Assembly (NCBI RefSeq): GCF_036365525.1
Contig: NW_027140922.1
Span: forward strand, 1 to 64,000
Direction of reading: 5' to 3'
DNA length: 64,000 nt
Source of the DNA: Heterodontus francisci
Taxonomy: Eukaryota
The position numbers and the translations under genes are program-made. Under the pieces are notes generated by a model. That model was not told the origin of the DNA. It did not search any database and saw only the letters and a program-made list of their open reading frames with translations. Positions 12,501 through 25,986 of the stretch are shown here, in pieces. Every line of letters starts with the position of its first letter. Position 1 is the first letter of the stretch.

Positions 12501-13975
12501 GGTATTTCAGTCTCCAGGAGAACAATGAGTACAGACAGTGATTAGCACTCTATGGTCAGTGAGAGATATCATGGGGTATCTCAGTCCACTGGTGAACACT
12601 GAGTGCAGACATTAAGAGACACTCGATGGGCACTGTGAGATATCATGGGGTATCTCAGATCCCAGTTTAACACTCAGTGCAGACAGAGAGAGACAGTCGA
12701 TGGTCAGCATGAGATATCATGGGGTCTCTAAGTCCCCAAGTGAACACTGAGTACAGATAGTGAGAGAAACTCGTTGGTCAGTGTGAGCTATTAAGGGGTA
12801 TCTCAGTCCACGGGTGAACATTGAATACAGATAATGAGAGACACTCGATGGGCTGTCTGAGAGATCATGGGCTATCTCAGTCTTCAGGTGAACACTGAGT
12901 ACAGACAGTGAGAGATGTTCGATGGTCAGTGTGAGATATCATGGGCTGTCTGAGTCCCCAGGTTAACACTGAGTACAGACAGTGTGGGACATTCGATGGT
13001 CAGTGTGAGAGATCATGGGGTATTTCATTCCCGGGTGAACACTGAAAACAGATAATGAGAGACACTCGATGGTCAGTGTGAGAGATCATGGGGTATCTCA
13101 GTCTCCAGTTGAACACTGAGTACAGACAGTGAGGGACACTCGATGGTCAGTGTGAGATATCATGGGGTATCTCAGTCCCCTGGTGAACAATGAGTACAGA
13201 CAGTGAGAGACACTCGATGGTCAGTGTGTGATATCATGGGGTATCTCAGTCCACTGGTGAACACTGAGTACAGACATTAAGAGACAGTCGATGGTCAGTG
13301 TGAGGTATCATGGGGTGTCTCAGACCCCAGGTTAACACTGAGTACAGACATTAAGAGACAGTCGATTGTCAGTGTGAGATGTCATGGTGTCTCTCAGACC
13401 CCAGGTTAACACTGATTACAGACAGTGAGAGACACTCGATGGTCAGTGTGAGATATCAGGTGTTTCTCAGACCCCTGTTTAACACTCAGTGCAGACTGAG
13501 AGAGAGACACACGATGGTCAATGTGAGATATCATGAGGTATCTCAGTCCCAGGTGAACACTGAGGACAGACAGTGAGAGACACTCGATGGTCAATGTGAG
13601 ATATCAGGGGTATCTTATACCCCAGGTTAACACTGATTGCAGACAGTGAGTGACACTCGATGGACAGCGTGAGATATCATGGCGACTTTCAGTTCCCAGG
13701 TGAACACTGATGACAGACAGTGAGAGACAGTCGATGGTCAGTGTGAGATATCATGGGGTATCTCAGTCCCCAGGTGAACACTGAGCACAGACAGTGAGAG
13801 ACACTCGATGGTCAATGTGAGATATCATGGGGTATCTCAGTCCACGGGTGAACACTGAATACAGATAATGAGAGACACTCGACGGGCAGTGTGAGAGGTC
13901 ATGGGCTATCACAGTCTCCTGGTGAACTCTCAGTCCAGACAGTGAGAGATGTTCGATGGTCTGTGTGAGATATCG

Positions 13976-15440
13976 TAAGAACATAGAACATAGAACAGTA
14001 CAGCACAGTACAGGCCCTTAGGCCCACGTTGTTGTGCCGAACATTTAACCTACTCTAAGATCAAACTAACTGCCCACTCTTCATTCTACTATCATCGATG
14101 TACCTATCCAAGAGTCGCTTAAATGCCCCTAATGTATCTGCTTCTACTACCACCGCTGGCAGTGCATTCCACGCACCCACCACTATCTGTGTAAAGATCC
14201 CACCTCTGACATCTACAAAACCTCCTCCAATGACCTTAAAATTATGCCCCCTGGTGATAGCCCTTTCCACCCTGGGAAAATGTATTTGACTATCCGTCTA
14301 TCTATGCCTCGCATCATCTTCTACCCCTCTATCAAGTCAACTCTCATCCTTCTTCGCTCCAACGAGAAAAGCCCTAGATCCCTCAATCTTTCTTCGTAGG
14401 ACATGCCCTCCAGTCCAGGCAGCATCCTGGTAAATCTCCTCTGCACCCTCTCTAAAGCATCCACATCCTTCCTCTAATGAGGCAACCAGAACGGAATACA
14501 ATTTTCCAAGTGTGGTCGAACCAGGGCCTTATATAGCTGCAGCATAACCTCGTGGCTCTTAAACTCAATCCCCCTGTTAATGAAAGCCAACACACCATAC
14601 GCCTTCTTAACAACTACATCAACTTGGGTGGCAACTTTGAGCTATCTATGGACATGGACACCAAGATCCCTCTGTTCCTCCACACTACCAAGCATCCTGT
14701 CTTTAAGCCTGTATTCTGCATTCTAATTCGAGCTTCCAAAATGAATCACTTCACACTTTTCCATGTTGAACTCCATCTGCCACTTCTCAGCCCAGCTCTG
14801 CATCCTGTCAATGTCCCGTTGCAACCTACAACAGCCTTCCACACTATCCACAACTCCAGCAACCTTCGTGTCATCGGCAAACTTGCTAACCCAGCCTTCC
14901 ACTTCCTCATCCAAGTCATTTATAAAAATCACAAAGAGCAGAGGTCCCAGAACAGATCCTTGTGGAACACCACTGGTCAGCGAGCTCCATGCTGAATACT
15001 TTCCATCTACTACTACACTCTGACTTCGATGGGCCAGCCAATTTTGTATCCAGAGAGCCAACATTCCCTGAATCCCATACCTCCTTACTTTCCGAATGAG
15101 CCTCCCATGGGAAACCTTAACAAACGCCTTGCTAAAATCCATATACACCACATCCACTACTCTTCCTTCATCAGTGTGTTTTGTCACATCTTCAAAGAGT
15201 TCAATAAGGCTGGTGAGGCATGACCTGCCCCTCACAAAGCCATGCTGACTGTCTCTAATCAAACCATGCTTTTCCAAATAATCATAAATCCTGTCTCTCA
15301 GAATCCTCTCCAATGATTGTCCATGACCGATGGAAGACTGACTGGTCAATAATTCCCAGGGTTATCCCTATTCCCTTTCTTGAACAAGGGAACAACATTT
15401 GCCACCCTCCAATCATCCGGTACTCCTCCAGTGGACAGTG
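13976..15440 (-). mobile_element. 5'-truncated CR1 LINE (RT region + 3' tail), copy 1 in satellite
   Basis: Minus ORF 14723-15349 has [22 protein letters not shown] and KFADD; the (TTCTATG)n tail reads as AGAACATAGAACATAGAAC on +. Confidence 0.92.
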
Positions 15441-18400
15441 GATCACGGGATATTTCAGTCCCCAGATGAACACTGAGAACAGACAGTGAGAGACATTCGA
15501 TGGTCAGTGTGAGATATCATGGGGTATCTCAGTCCCCAGATAAGCAGTGAGCAAAGACAGTGAGAGACACTCGATGGTCAGTGCGATATATCATGGGGTA
15601 TCTCAGTCCCCGGGTGAACACTGAGTACAGATAGTGAGAGACACTCAATTGTCAGTGTGTGAAATCAGGGATATCTCAGTCCCCAGGTGAACACTGAGTA
15701 CAGAGAGTGAGGGACACTCGATGGTCAGTGTGAGATATCATGGGGTATATCAGTCCACTGGTGAACACTGGTTACAGACAGTGGGAGGCACTCGATGGTC
15801 AGTGTGGGATATCATGGGGTAACTCAATCTCCAGGTTAGCACTGAGTACAGACAGTGAGAGATGTTCGATGGTCAGTGTGAGAAATCCTATGGTATCTCA
15901 GTCCCCAGGTGAACACTGAGTACAGACAGTGAGAGACATTCGATGGTCAGTGTGAGATATCATGGGGTAACTCAATCTCCAGGCGAACACTAAGTACAGA
16001 CAATGAGAGACATTCGATGGCCAGTGTGAGAGTTCACGGGGTATCTCAGTCCCCAGATGAACACTGAATAAAGACAGTGAGCGGCACTCAATGGGCAGTG
16101 TGAGATATCATGGGGTATCTCACTCCCCAGGTGGACACTGATTAAACGCAGTCAGAGACACTTGATGGTCAGTGTGAGGTGTCATGGGGTATCTCAATCT
16201 CCAGGTGAACACTGAGTACAGACAGTGAGAGACACACGATTGTCAGTGTGAGATATCATGGGGTGTCTCTGTCCCCTGGTTAAAACTGAGTTCAGGCAGT
16301 GAGAGACACTCGATGGGCATTGTGATATGTCATGGGGTATCTCAATCTCCAGGTGAACACTGAGTACAGACAGTGAGAGACACTCGATGGTCAGTGTGAG
16401 AAATCAGGACTATCTGAGTCCCCAGGTGAACGCTGACTGCAGACAGTGAGAGACACTCGATGGTCAGTGTGAGATATCGGGTGTATCTCAGTCCCCTGGT
16501 GTACACTGAGTACAGACAGTGAGAGGCGCTCGATCGTCAGTGTGAGATATCACGGGGTATCTCAGTCGCCAGGTGAACACTGAGTACAGACAGTGAGAGA
16601 CACTCGGTGGTCAGTGCGATATATCATGGGGTATCTCAGTCCCCGGGTGAACACTGAGTACAGATAGTGAGAGACACTCAATTGTCAGTGTGTGAAATCA
16701 GGGATATCTCAGTCCCCAGGTGAACACTGAGTACAGAGAGTGAGGGACACTCGATGGTCAGTGTGAGATATCATGGGGTATATCAGTCCACTGGTGAACA
16801 CTGGTTACAGACAGTGGGAGGCACTCGATGGTCAGTGTGGGATATCATGGGGTAACTCAATCTCCAGGTTAGCACTGAGTACAGACAGTGAGAGATGTTC
16901 GATGGTCAGTGTGAGAAATCCTATGGTATCTCAGTCCCCAGGTGAACACTGAGTACAGACAGTGAGAGACATTCGATGGTCAGTGTGAGATATCATGGGG
17001 TAACTCAATCTCCAGGCGAACACTAAGTACAGACAATGAGAGACATTCGATGGTCAGTGTGAGAGTTCACGGGGTATCTCAGTCCCCAGATGAACACTGA
17101 ATAAAGACAGTGAGCGGCACTCAATGGGCAGTGTGAGATATCATGGGGTATCTCACTCCCCTGGTGGACACTGATTAAACGCAGTCAGAGACACTTGATG
17201 GTCAGTGTGAGGTGTCATGGGGTATCTCAATCTCCAGGTGAACACTGAGTACAGACAGTGAGAGACACACGATTGTCAGTGTGAGATATCATGGGGTGTC
17301 TCTGTCCCCTGGTTAAAACTGAGTTCAGGCAGTGAGAGACACTCGATGGGCATTGTGATATGTCATGGGGTATCTCAATCTCCAGGTGAACACTGAGTAC
17401 AGACAGTGAGAGACACTCGATGGTCAGTGTGAGAAATCAGGACTATCTGAGTCCCCAGGTGAACGCTGACTGCAGACAGTGAGAGACACTCGATGGTCAG
17501 TGTGAGATATCGGGTGTATCTCAGTCCCCTGGTGTACACTGAGTACAGACAGTGAGAGGCGCTCGATCGTCAGTGTGAGATATCACGGGGTATCTCAGTC
17601 GCCAGGTGAACACTGAGTACAGACAGTGAGAGACACTCGGTGGTCAGTGTGAGATATCATGGGGTATTTCAGTCCCCAGGTGAACACTGATTAAAGACAG
17701 TGAGAGACACTCGATGAACAGCGTGAGATATCATGGGCACTCTCAGTCCCCAGGTGAACACTGATTACAGACAGTGAGAGACAGTCGATGGCCAGTGTGA
17801 GATATCATGGGGTATTTCAGTCTCCAGGAGAACAATGAGTACAGACAGTGATTAGCACTCTATGGTCAGTGAGAGATATCATGGGGTATCTCAGTCCACT
17901 GGTGAACACTGAGTGCAGACATTAAGAGACACTCGATGGGCACTGTGAGATATCATGGGGTATCTCAGATCCCAGTTTAACACTCAGTGCAGACAGAGAG
18001 AGACAGTCGATGGTCAGCATGAGATATCATGGGGTCTCTAAGTCCCCAAGTGAACACTGAGTACAGATAGTGAGAGAAACTCGTTGGTCAGTGTGAGCTA
18101 TTAAGGGGTATCTCAGTCCACGGGTGAACATTGAATACAGATAATGAGAGACACTCGATGGGCTGTCTGAGAGATCATGGGCTATCTCAGTCTTCAGGTG
18201 AACACTGAGTACAGACAGTGAGAGATGTTCGATGGTCAGTGTGAGATATCATGGGCTGTCTCAGTCCCCAGGTTAACACTGAGTACAGACAGTGTGGGAC
18301 ATTCGATGGTCAGTGTGAGAGATCATGGGGTATTTCATTCCCGGGTGAACACTGAAAACAGATAATGAGAGACACTCGATGGTCAGTGTGAGAGATCATG

Positions 18401-19285
18401 GGGTATCTCAGTCTCCAGTTGAACACTGAGTACAGACAGTGAGGGACACTCGATGGTCAGTGTGAGATATCATGGGGTATCTCAGTCCCCTGGTGAACAA
18501 TGAGTACAGACAGTGAGAGACACTCGATGGTCAGTGTGTGATATCATGGGGTATCTCAGTCCACTGGTGAACACTGAGTACAGACATTAAGAGACAGTCG
18601 ATGGTCAGTGTGAGGTATCATGGGGTGTCTCAGACCCCAGGTTAACACTGAGTACAGACATTAAGAGACAGTCGATTGTCAGTGTGAGATGTCATGGTGT
18701 CTCTCAGACCCCAGGTTAACACTGATTACAGACAGTGAGAGACACTCGATGGTCAGTGTGAGATATCAGGTGTTTCTCAGACCCCTGTTTAACACTCAGT
18801 GCAGACTGAGAGAGAGACACACGATGGTCAATGTGAGATATCATGAGGTATCTCAGTCCCAGGTGAACACTGAGGACAGACAGTGAGAGACACTCGATGG
18901 TCAATGTGAGATATCAGGGGTATCTTATACCCCAGGTTAACACTGATTGCAGACAGTGAGTGACACTCGATGGACAGCGTGAGATATCATGGCGACTTTC
19001 AGTTCCCAGGTGAACACTGATGACAGACAGTGAGAGACAGTCGATGGTCAGTGTGAGATATCATGGGGTATCTCAGTCCCCAGGTGAACACTGAGCACAG
19101 ACAGTGAGAGACACTCGATGGTCAATGTGAGATATCATGGGGTATCTCAGTCCACGGGTGAACACTGAATACAGATAATGAGAGACACTCGACGGGCAGT
19201 GTGAGAGGTCATGGGCTATCACAGTCTCCTGGTGAACTCTCAGTCCAGACAGTGAGAGATGTTCGATGGTCTGTGTGAGATATCG

Positions 19286-20750
19286 TAAGAACATAGAACA
19301 TAGAACAGTACAGCACAGTACAGGCCCTTAGGCCCACGTTGTTGTGCCGAACATTTAACCTACTCTAAGATCAAACTAACTGCCCACTCTTCATTCTACT
19401 ATCATCGATGTACCTATCCAAGAGTCGCTTAAATGCCCCTAATGTATCTGCTTCTACTACCACCGCTGGCAGTGCATTCCACGCACCCACCACTATCTGT
19501 GTAAAGATCCCACCTCTGACATCTACAAAACCTCCTCCAATGACCTTAAAATTATGCCCCCTGGTGATAGCCCTTTCCACCCTGGGAAAATGTATTTGAC
19601 TATCCGTCTATCTATGCCTCGCATCATCTTCTACCCCTCTATCAAGTCAACTCTCATCCTTCTTCGCTCCAACGAGAAAAGCCCTAGATCCCTCAATCTT
19701 TCTTCGTAGGACATGCCCTCCAGTCCAGGCAGCATCCTGGTAAATCTCCTCTGCACCCTCTCTAAAGCATCCACATCCTTCCTCTAATGAGGCAACCAGA
19801 ACGGAATACAATTTTCCAAGTGTGGTCGAACCAGGGCCTTATATAGCTGCAGCATAACCTCGTGGCTCTTAAACTCAATCCCCCTGTTAATGAAAGCCAA
19901 CACACCATACGCCTTCTTAACAACTACATCAACTTGGGTGGCAACTTTGAGCTATCTATGGACATGGACACCAAGATCCCTCTGTTCCTCCACACTACCA
20001 AGCATCCTGTCTTTAAGCCTGTATTCTGCATTCTAATTCGAGCTTCCAAAATGAATCACTTCACACTTTTCCATGTTGAACTCCATCTGCCACTTCTCAG
20101 CCCAGCTCTGCATCCTGTCAATGTCCCGTTGCAACCTACAACAGCCTTCCACACTATCCACAACTCCAGCAACCTTCGTGTCATCGGCAAACTTGCTAAC
20201 CCAGCCTTCCACTTCCTCATCCAAGTCATTTATAAAAATCACAAAGAGCAGAGGTCCCAGAACAGATCCTTGTGGAACACCACTGGTCAGCGAGCTCCAT
20301 GCTGAATACTTTCCATCTACTACTACACTCTGACTTCGATGGGCCAGCCAATTTTGTATCCAGAGAGCCAACATTCCCTGAATCCCATACCTCCTTACTT
20401 TCCGAATGAGCCTCCCATGGGAAACCTTAACAAACGCCTTGCTAAAATCCATATACACCACATCCACTACTCTTCCTTCATCAGTGTGTTTTGTCACATC
20501 TTCAAAGAGTTCAATAAGGCTGGTGAGGCATGACCTGCCCCTCACAAAGCCATGCTGACTGTCTCTAATCAAACCATGCTTTTCCAAATAATCATAAATC
20601 CTGTCTCTCAGAATCCTCTCCAATGATTGTCCATGACCGATGGAAGACTGACTGGTCAATAATTCCCAGGGTTATCCCTATTCCCTTTCTTGAACAAGGG
20701 AACAACATTTGCCACCCTCCAATCATCCGGTACTCCTCCAGTGGACAGTG
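19286..20750 (-). mobile_element. 5'-truncated CR1 LINE, copy 2 in satellite
   Basis: Same sequence and junctions as copy 1 at +5310. Confidence 0.92.
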
Positions 20751-23700
20751 GATCACGGGATATTTCAGTCCCCAGATGAACACTGAGAACAGACAGTGAG
20801 AGACATTCGATGGTCAGTGTGAGATATCATGGGGTATCTCAGTCCCCAGATAAGCAGTGAGCAAAGACAGTGAGAGACACTCGATGGTCAGTGCGATATA
20901 TCATGGGGTATCTCAGTCCCCGGGTGAACACTGAGTACAGATAGTGAGAGACACTCAATTGTCAGTGTGTGAAATCAGGGATATCTCAGTCCCCAGGTGA
21001 ACACTGAGTACAGAGAGTGAGGGACACTCGATGGTCAGTGTGAGATATCATGGGGTATATCAGTCCACTGGTGAACACTGGTTACAGACAGTGGGAGGCA
21101 CTCGATGGTCAGTGTGGGATATCATGGGGTAACTCAATCTCCAGGTTAGCACTGAGTACAGACAGTGAGAGATGTTCGATGGTCAGTGTGAGAAATCCTA
21201 TGGTATCTCAGTCCCCAGGTGAACACTGAGTACAGACAGTGAGAGACATTCGATGGTCAGTGTGAGATATCATGGGGTAACTCAATCTCCAGGCGAACAC
21301 TAAGTACAGACAATGAGAGACATTCGATGGCCAGTGTGAGAGTTCACGGGGTATCTCAGTCCCCAGATGAACACTGAATAAAGACAGTGAGCGGCACTCA
21401 ATGGGCAGTGTGAGATATCATGGGGTATCTCACTCCCCAGGTGGACACTGATTAAACGCAGTCAGAGACACTTGATGGTCAGTGTGAGGTGTCATGGGGT
21501 ATCTCAATCTCCAGGTGAACACTGAGTACAGACAGTGAGAGACACACGATTGTCAGTGTGAGATATCATGGGGTGTCTCTGTCCCCTGGTTAAAACTGAG
21601 TTCAGGCAGTGAGAGACACTCGATGGGCATTGTGATATGTCATGGGGTATCTCAATCTCCAGGTGAACACTGAGTACAGACAGTGAGAGACACTCGATGG
21701 TCAGTGTGAGAAATCAGGACTATCTGAGTCCCCAGGTGAACGCTGACTGCAGACAGTGAGAGACACTCGATGGTCAGTGTGAGATATCGGGTGTATCTCA
21801 GTCCCCTGGTGTACACTGAGTACAGACAGTGAGAGGCGCTCGATCGTCAGTGTGAGATATCACGGGGTATCTCAGTCGCCAGGTGAACACTGAGTACAGA
21901 CAGTGAGAGACACTCGGTGGTCAGTGCGATATATCATGGGGTATCTCAGTCCCCGGGTGAACACTGAGTACAGATAGTGAGAGACACTCAATTGTCAGTG
22001 TGTGAAATCAGGGATATCTCAGTCCCCAGGTGAACACTGAGTACAGAGAGTGAGGGACACTCGATGGTCAGTGTGAGATATCATGGGGTATATCAGTCCA
22101 CTGGTGAACACTGGTTACAGACAGTGGGAGGCACTCGATGGTCAGTGTGGGATATCATGGGGTAACTCAATCTCCAGGTTAGCACTGAGTACAGACAGTG
22201 AGAGATGTTCGATGGTCAGTGTGAGAAATCCTATGGTATCTCAGTCCCCAGGTGAACACTGAGTACAGACAGTGAGAGACATTCGATGGTCAGTGTGAGA
22301 TATCATGGGGTAACTCAATCTCCAGGCGAACACTAAGTACAGACAATGAGAGACATTCGATGGTCAGTGTGAGAGTTCACGGGGTATCTCAGTCCCCAGA
22401 TGAACACTGAATAAAGACAGTGAGCGGCACTCAATGGGCAGTGTGAGATATCATGGGGTATCTCACTCCCCTGGTGGACACTGATTAAACGCAGTCAGAG
22501 ACACTTGATGGTCAGTGTGAGGTGTCATGGGGTATCTCAATCTCCAGGTGAACACTGAGTACAGACAGTGAGAGACACACGATTGTCAGTGTGAGATATC
22601 ATGGGGTGTCTCTGTCCCCTGGTTAAAACTGAGTTCAGGCAGTGAGAGACACTCGATGGGCATTGTGATATGTCATGGGGTATCTCAATCTCCAGGTGAA
22701 CACTGAGTACAGACAGTGAGAGACACTCGATGGTCAGTGTGAGAAATCAGGACTATCTGAGTCCCCAGGTGAACGCTGACTGCAGACAGTGAGAGACACT
22801 CGATGGTCAGTGTGAGATATCGGGTGTATCTCAGTCCCCTGGTGTACACTGAGTACAGACAGTGAGAGGCGCTCGATCGTCAGTGTGAGATATCACGGGG
22901 TATCTCAGTCGCCAGGTGAACACTGAGTACAGACAGTGAGAGACACTCGGTGGTCAGTGTGAGATATCATGGGGTATTTCAGTCCCCAGGTGAACACTGA
23001 TTAAAGACAGTGAGAGACACTCGATGAACAGCGTGAGATATCATGGGCACTCTCAGTCCCCAGGTGAACACTGATTACAGACAGTGAGAGACAGTCGATG
23101 GCCAGTGTGAGATATCATGGGGTATTTCAGTCTCCAGGAGAACAATGAGTACAGACAGTGATTAGCACTCTATGGTCAGTGAGAGATATCATGGGGTATC
23201 TCAGTCCACTGGTGAACACTGAGTGCAGACATTAAGAGACACTCGATGGGCACTGTGAGATATCATGGGGTATCTCAGATCCCAGTTTAACACTCAGTGC
23301 AGACAGAGAGAGACAGTCGATGGTCAGCATGAGATATCATGGGGTCTCTAAGTCCCCAAGTGAACACTGAGTACAGATAGTGAGAGAAACTCGTTGGTCA
23401 GTGTGAGCTATTAAGGGGTATCTCAGTCCACGGGTGAACATTGAATACAGATAATGAGAGACACTCGATGGGCTGTCTGAGAGATCATGGGCTATCTCAG
23501 TCTTCAGGTGAACACTGAGTACAGACAGTGAGAGATGTTCGATGGTCAGTGTGAGATATCATGGGCTGTCTCAGTCCCCAGGTTAACACTGAGTACAGAC
23601 AGTGTGGGACATTCGATGGTCAGTGTGAGAGATCATGGGGTATTTCATTCCCGGGTGAACACTGAAAACAGATAATGAGAGACACTCGATGGTCAGTGTG

Positions 23701-24521
23701 AGAGATCATGGGGTATCTCAGTCTCCAGTTGAACACTGAGTACAGACAGTGAGGGACACTCGATGGTCAGTGTGAGATATCATGGGGTATCTCAGTCCCC
23801 TGGTGAACAATGAGTACAGACAGTGAGAGACACTCGATGGTCAGTGTGTGATATCATGGGGTATCTCAGTCCACTGGTGAACACTGAGTACAGACATTAA
23901 GAGACAGTCGATGGTCAGTGTGAGATGTCATGGTGTCTCTCAGACCCCAGGTTAACACTGATTACAGACAGTGAGAGATACTCGATGGTCAGTGTGAGAT
24001 ATCAGGTGTTTCTCAGACCCCTGTTTAACACTCAGTGCAGACTGAGAGAGAGACACACGATGGTCAATGTGAGATATCATGAGGTATCTCAGTCCCAGGT
24101 GAACACTGAGTACAGACAGTGAGAGACACTCGATGGTCAATGTGAGATATCAGGGGTATCTTATACCCCAGGTTAACACTGATTGCAGACAGTGAGTGAC
24201 ACTCGATGGACAGCGTGAGATATCATGGCGACTTTCAGTTCCCAGGTGAACACTGATGACAGACAGTGAGAGACAGTCGATGGTCAGTGTGAGATATCAT
24301 GGGGTATCTCAGTCCCCAGGTGAACACTGAGCACAGACAGTGAGAGACACTCGATGGTCAATGTGAGATATCATGGGGTATCTCAGTCCACGGGTGAACA
24401 CTGAATACAGATAATGAGAGACACTCGACGGGCAGTGTGAGAGGTCATGGGCTATCACAGTCTCCTGGTGAACTCTCAGTCCAGACAGTGAGAGATGTTC
24501 GATGGTCTGTGTGAGATATCG

Positions 24522-25986
24522 TAAGAACATAGAACATAGAACAGTACAGCACAGTACAGGCCCTTAGGCCCACGTTGTTGTGCCGAACATTTAACCTACT
24601 CTAAGATCAAACTAACTGCCCACTCTTCATTCTACTATCATCGATGTACCTATCCAAGAGTCGCTTAAATGCCCCTAATGTATCTGCTTCTACTACCACC
24701 GCTGGCAGTGCATTCCACGCACCCACCACTATCTGTGTAAAGATCCCACCTCTGACATCTACAAAACCTCCTCCAATGACCTTAAAATTATGCCCCCTGG
24801 TGATAGCCCTTTCCACCCTGGGAGAATGTCTTTGACTATCCGTCTATCTATGCCTCGCAGCATCTTCTACCCCTCTATCAAGTCAACTCTCATCCTTCTT
24901 CGCTCCAACGAGAAAAGCCCTAGATCCCTCAATCTTTCTTCGTAGGACATGCCCTCCAGTCCAGGCAGCATCCTGGTAAATCTCCTCTGCACCCTCTCTA
25001 AAGCATCCACATCCTTCCTCTAATGAGGCAACCAGAACGGAATACAATTTTCCAAGTGTGGTCGAACCAGGGCCTTATATAGCTGCAGCATAACCTCGTG
25101 GCTCTTAAACTCAATCCCCCTGTTAATGAAAGCCAACACACCATACGCCTTCTTAACAACTACATCAACTTGGGTGGCAACTTTGAGCTATCTATGGACA
25201 TGGACACCAAGATCCCTCTGTTCCTCCACACTACCAAGCATCCTGTCTTTAAGCCTGTATTCTGCATTCAAATTCGAGCTTCCAAAATGAATCACTTCAC
25301 ACTTTTCCATGTTGAACTCCATCTGCCACTTCTCAGCCCAGCTCTGCATCCTGTCAATGTCCCGTTGCAACCTACAACAGCCTTCCACACTATCCACAAC
25401 TCCAGCAACCTTCGTGTCATCGGCAAACTTGCTAACCCAGCCTTCCACTTCCTCATCCAAGTCATTTATAAAAATCACAAAGAGCAGAGGTCCCAGAACA
25501 GATCCTTGTGGAACACCACTGGTCAGCGAGCTCCATGCTGAATACTTTCCATCTACTACTACACTCTGACTTCGATGGGCCAGCCAATTTTGTATCCAGA
25601 GAGCCAACATTCCCTGAATCCCATACCTCCTTACTTTCCGAATGAGCCTCCCATGGGAAACCTTAACAAACGCCTTGCTAAAATCCATATACACCACATC
25701 CACTACTCTTCCTTCATCAGTGTGTTTTGTCACATCTTCAAAGAGTTCAATAAGGCTGGTGAGGCATGACCTGCCCCTCACAAAGCCATGCTGACTGTCT
25801 CTAATCAAACCATGCTTTTCCAAATAATCATAAATCCTGTCTCTCAGAATCCTCTCCAATGATTGTCCATGACCGATGGAAGACTGACTGGTCAATAATT
25901 CCCAGGGTTATCCCTATTCCCTTTCTTGAACAAGGGAACAACATTTGCCACCCTCCAATCATCCGGTACTCCTCCAGTGGACAGTG
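24522..25986 (-). mobile_element. 5'-truncated CR1 LINE, copy 3 in satellite
   Basis: Same junctions as copies 1 and 2; a few substitutions, including loss of a stop so that ORF 25188-25895 is longer. Confidence 0.92.

Noticed and set aside
7324-24530. Short His/Cys-rich ORFs in the satellite (ISHTDHRVSLTVCTQC)
   Set aside because: These are translations of the 74-bp repeat, which is not a multiple of 3, with frequent stops and no true zinc-finger spacing.
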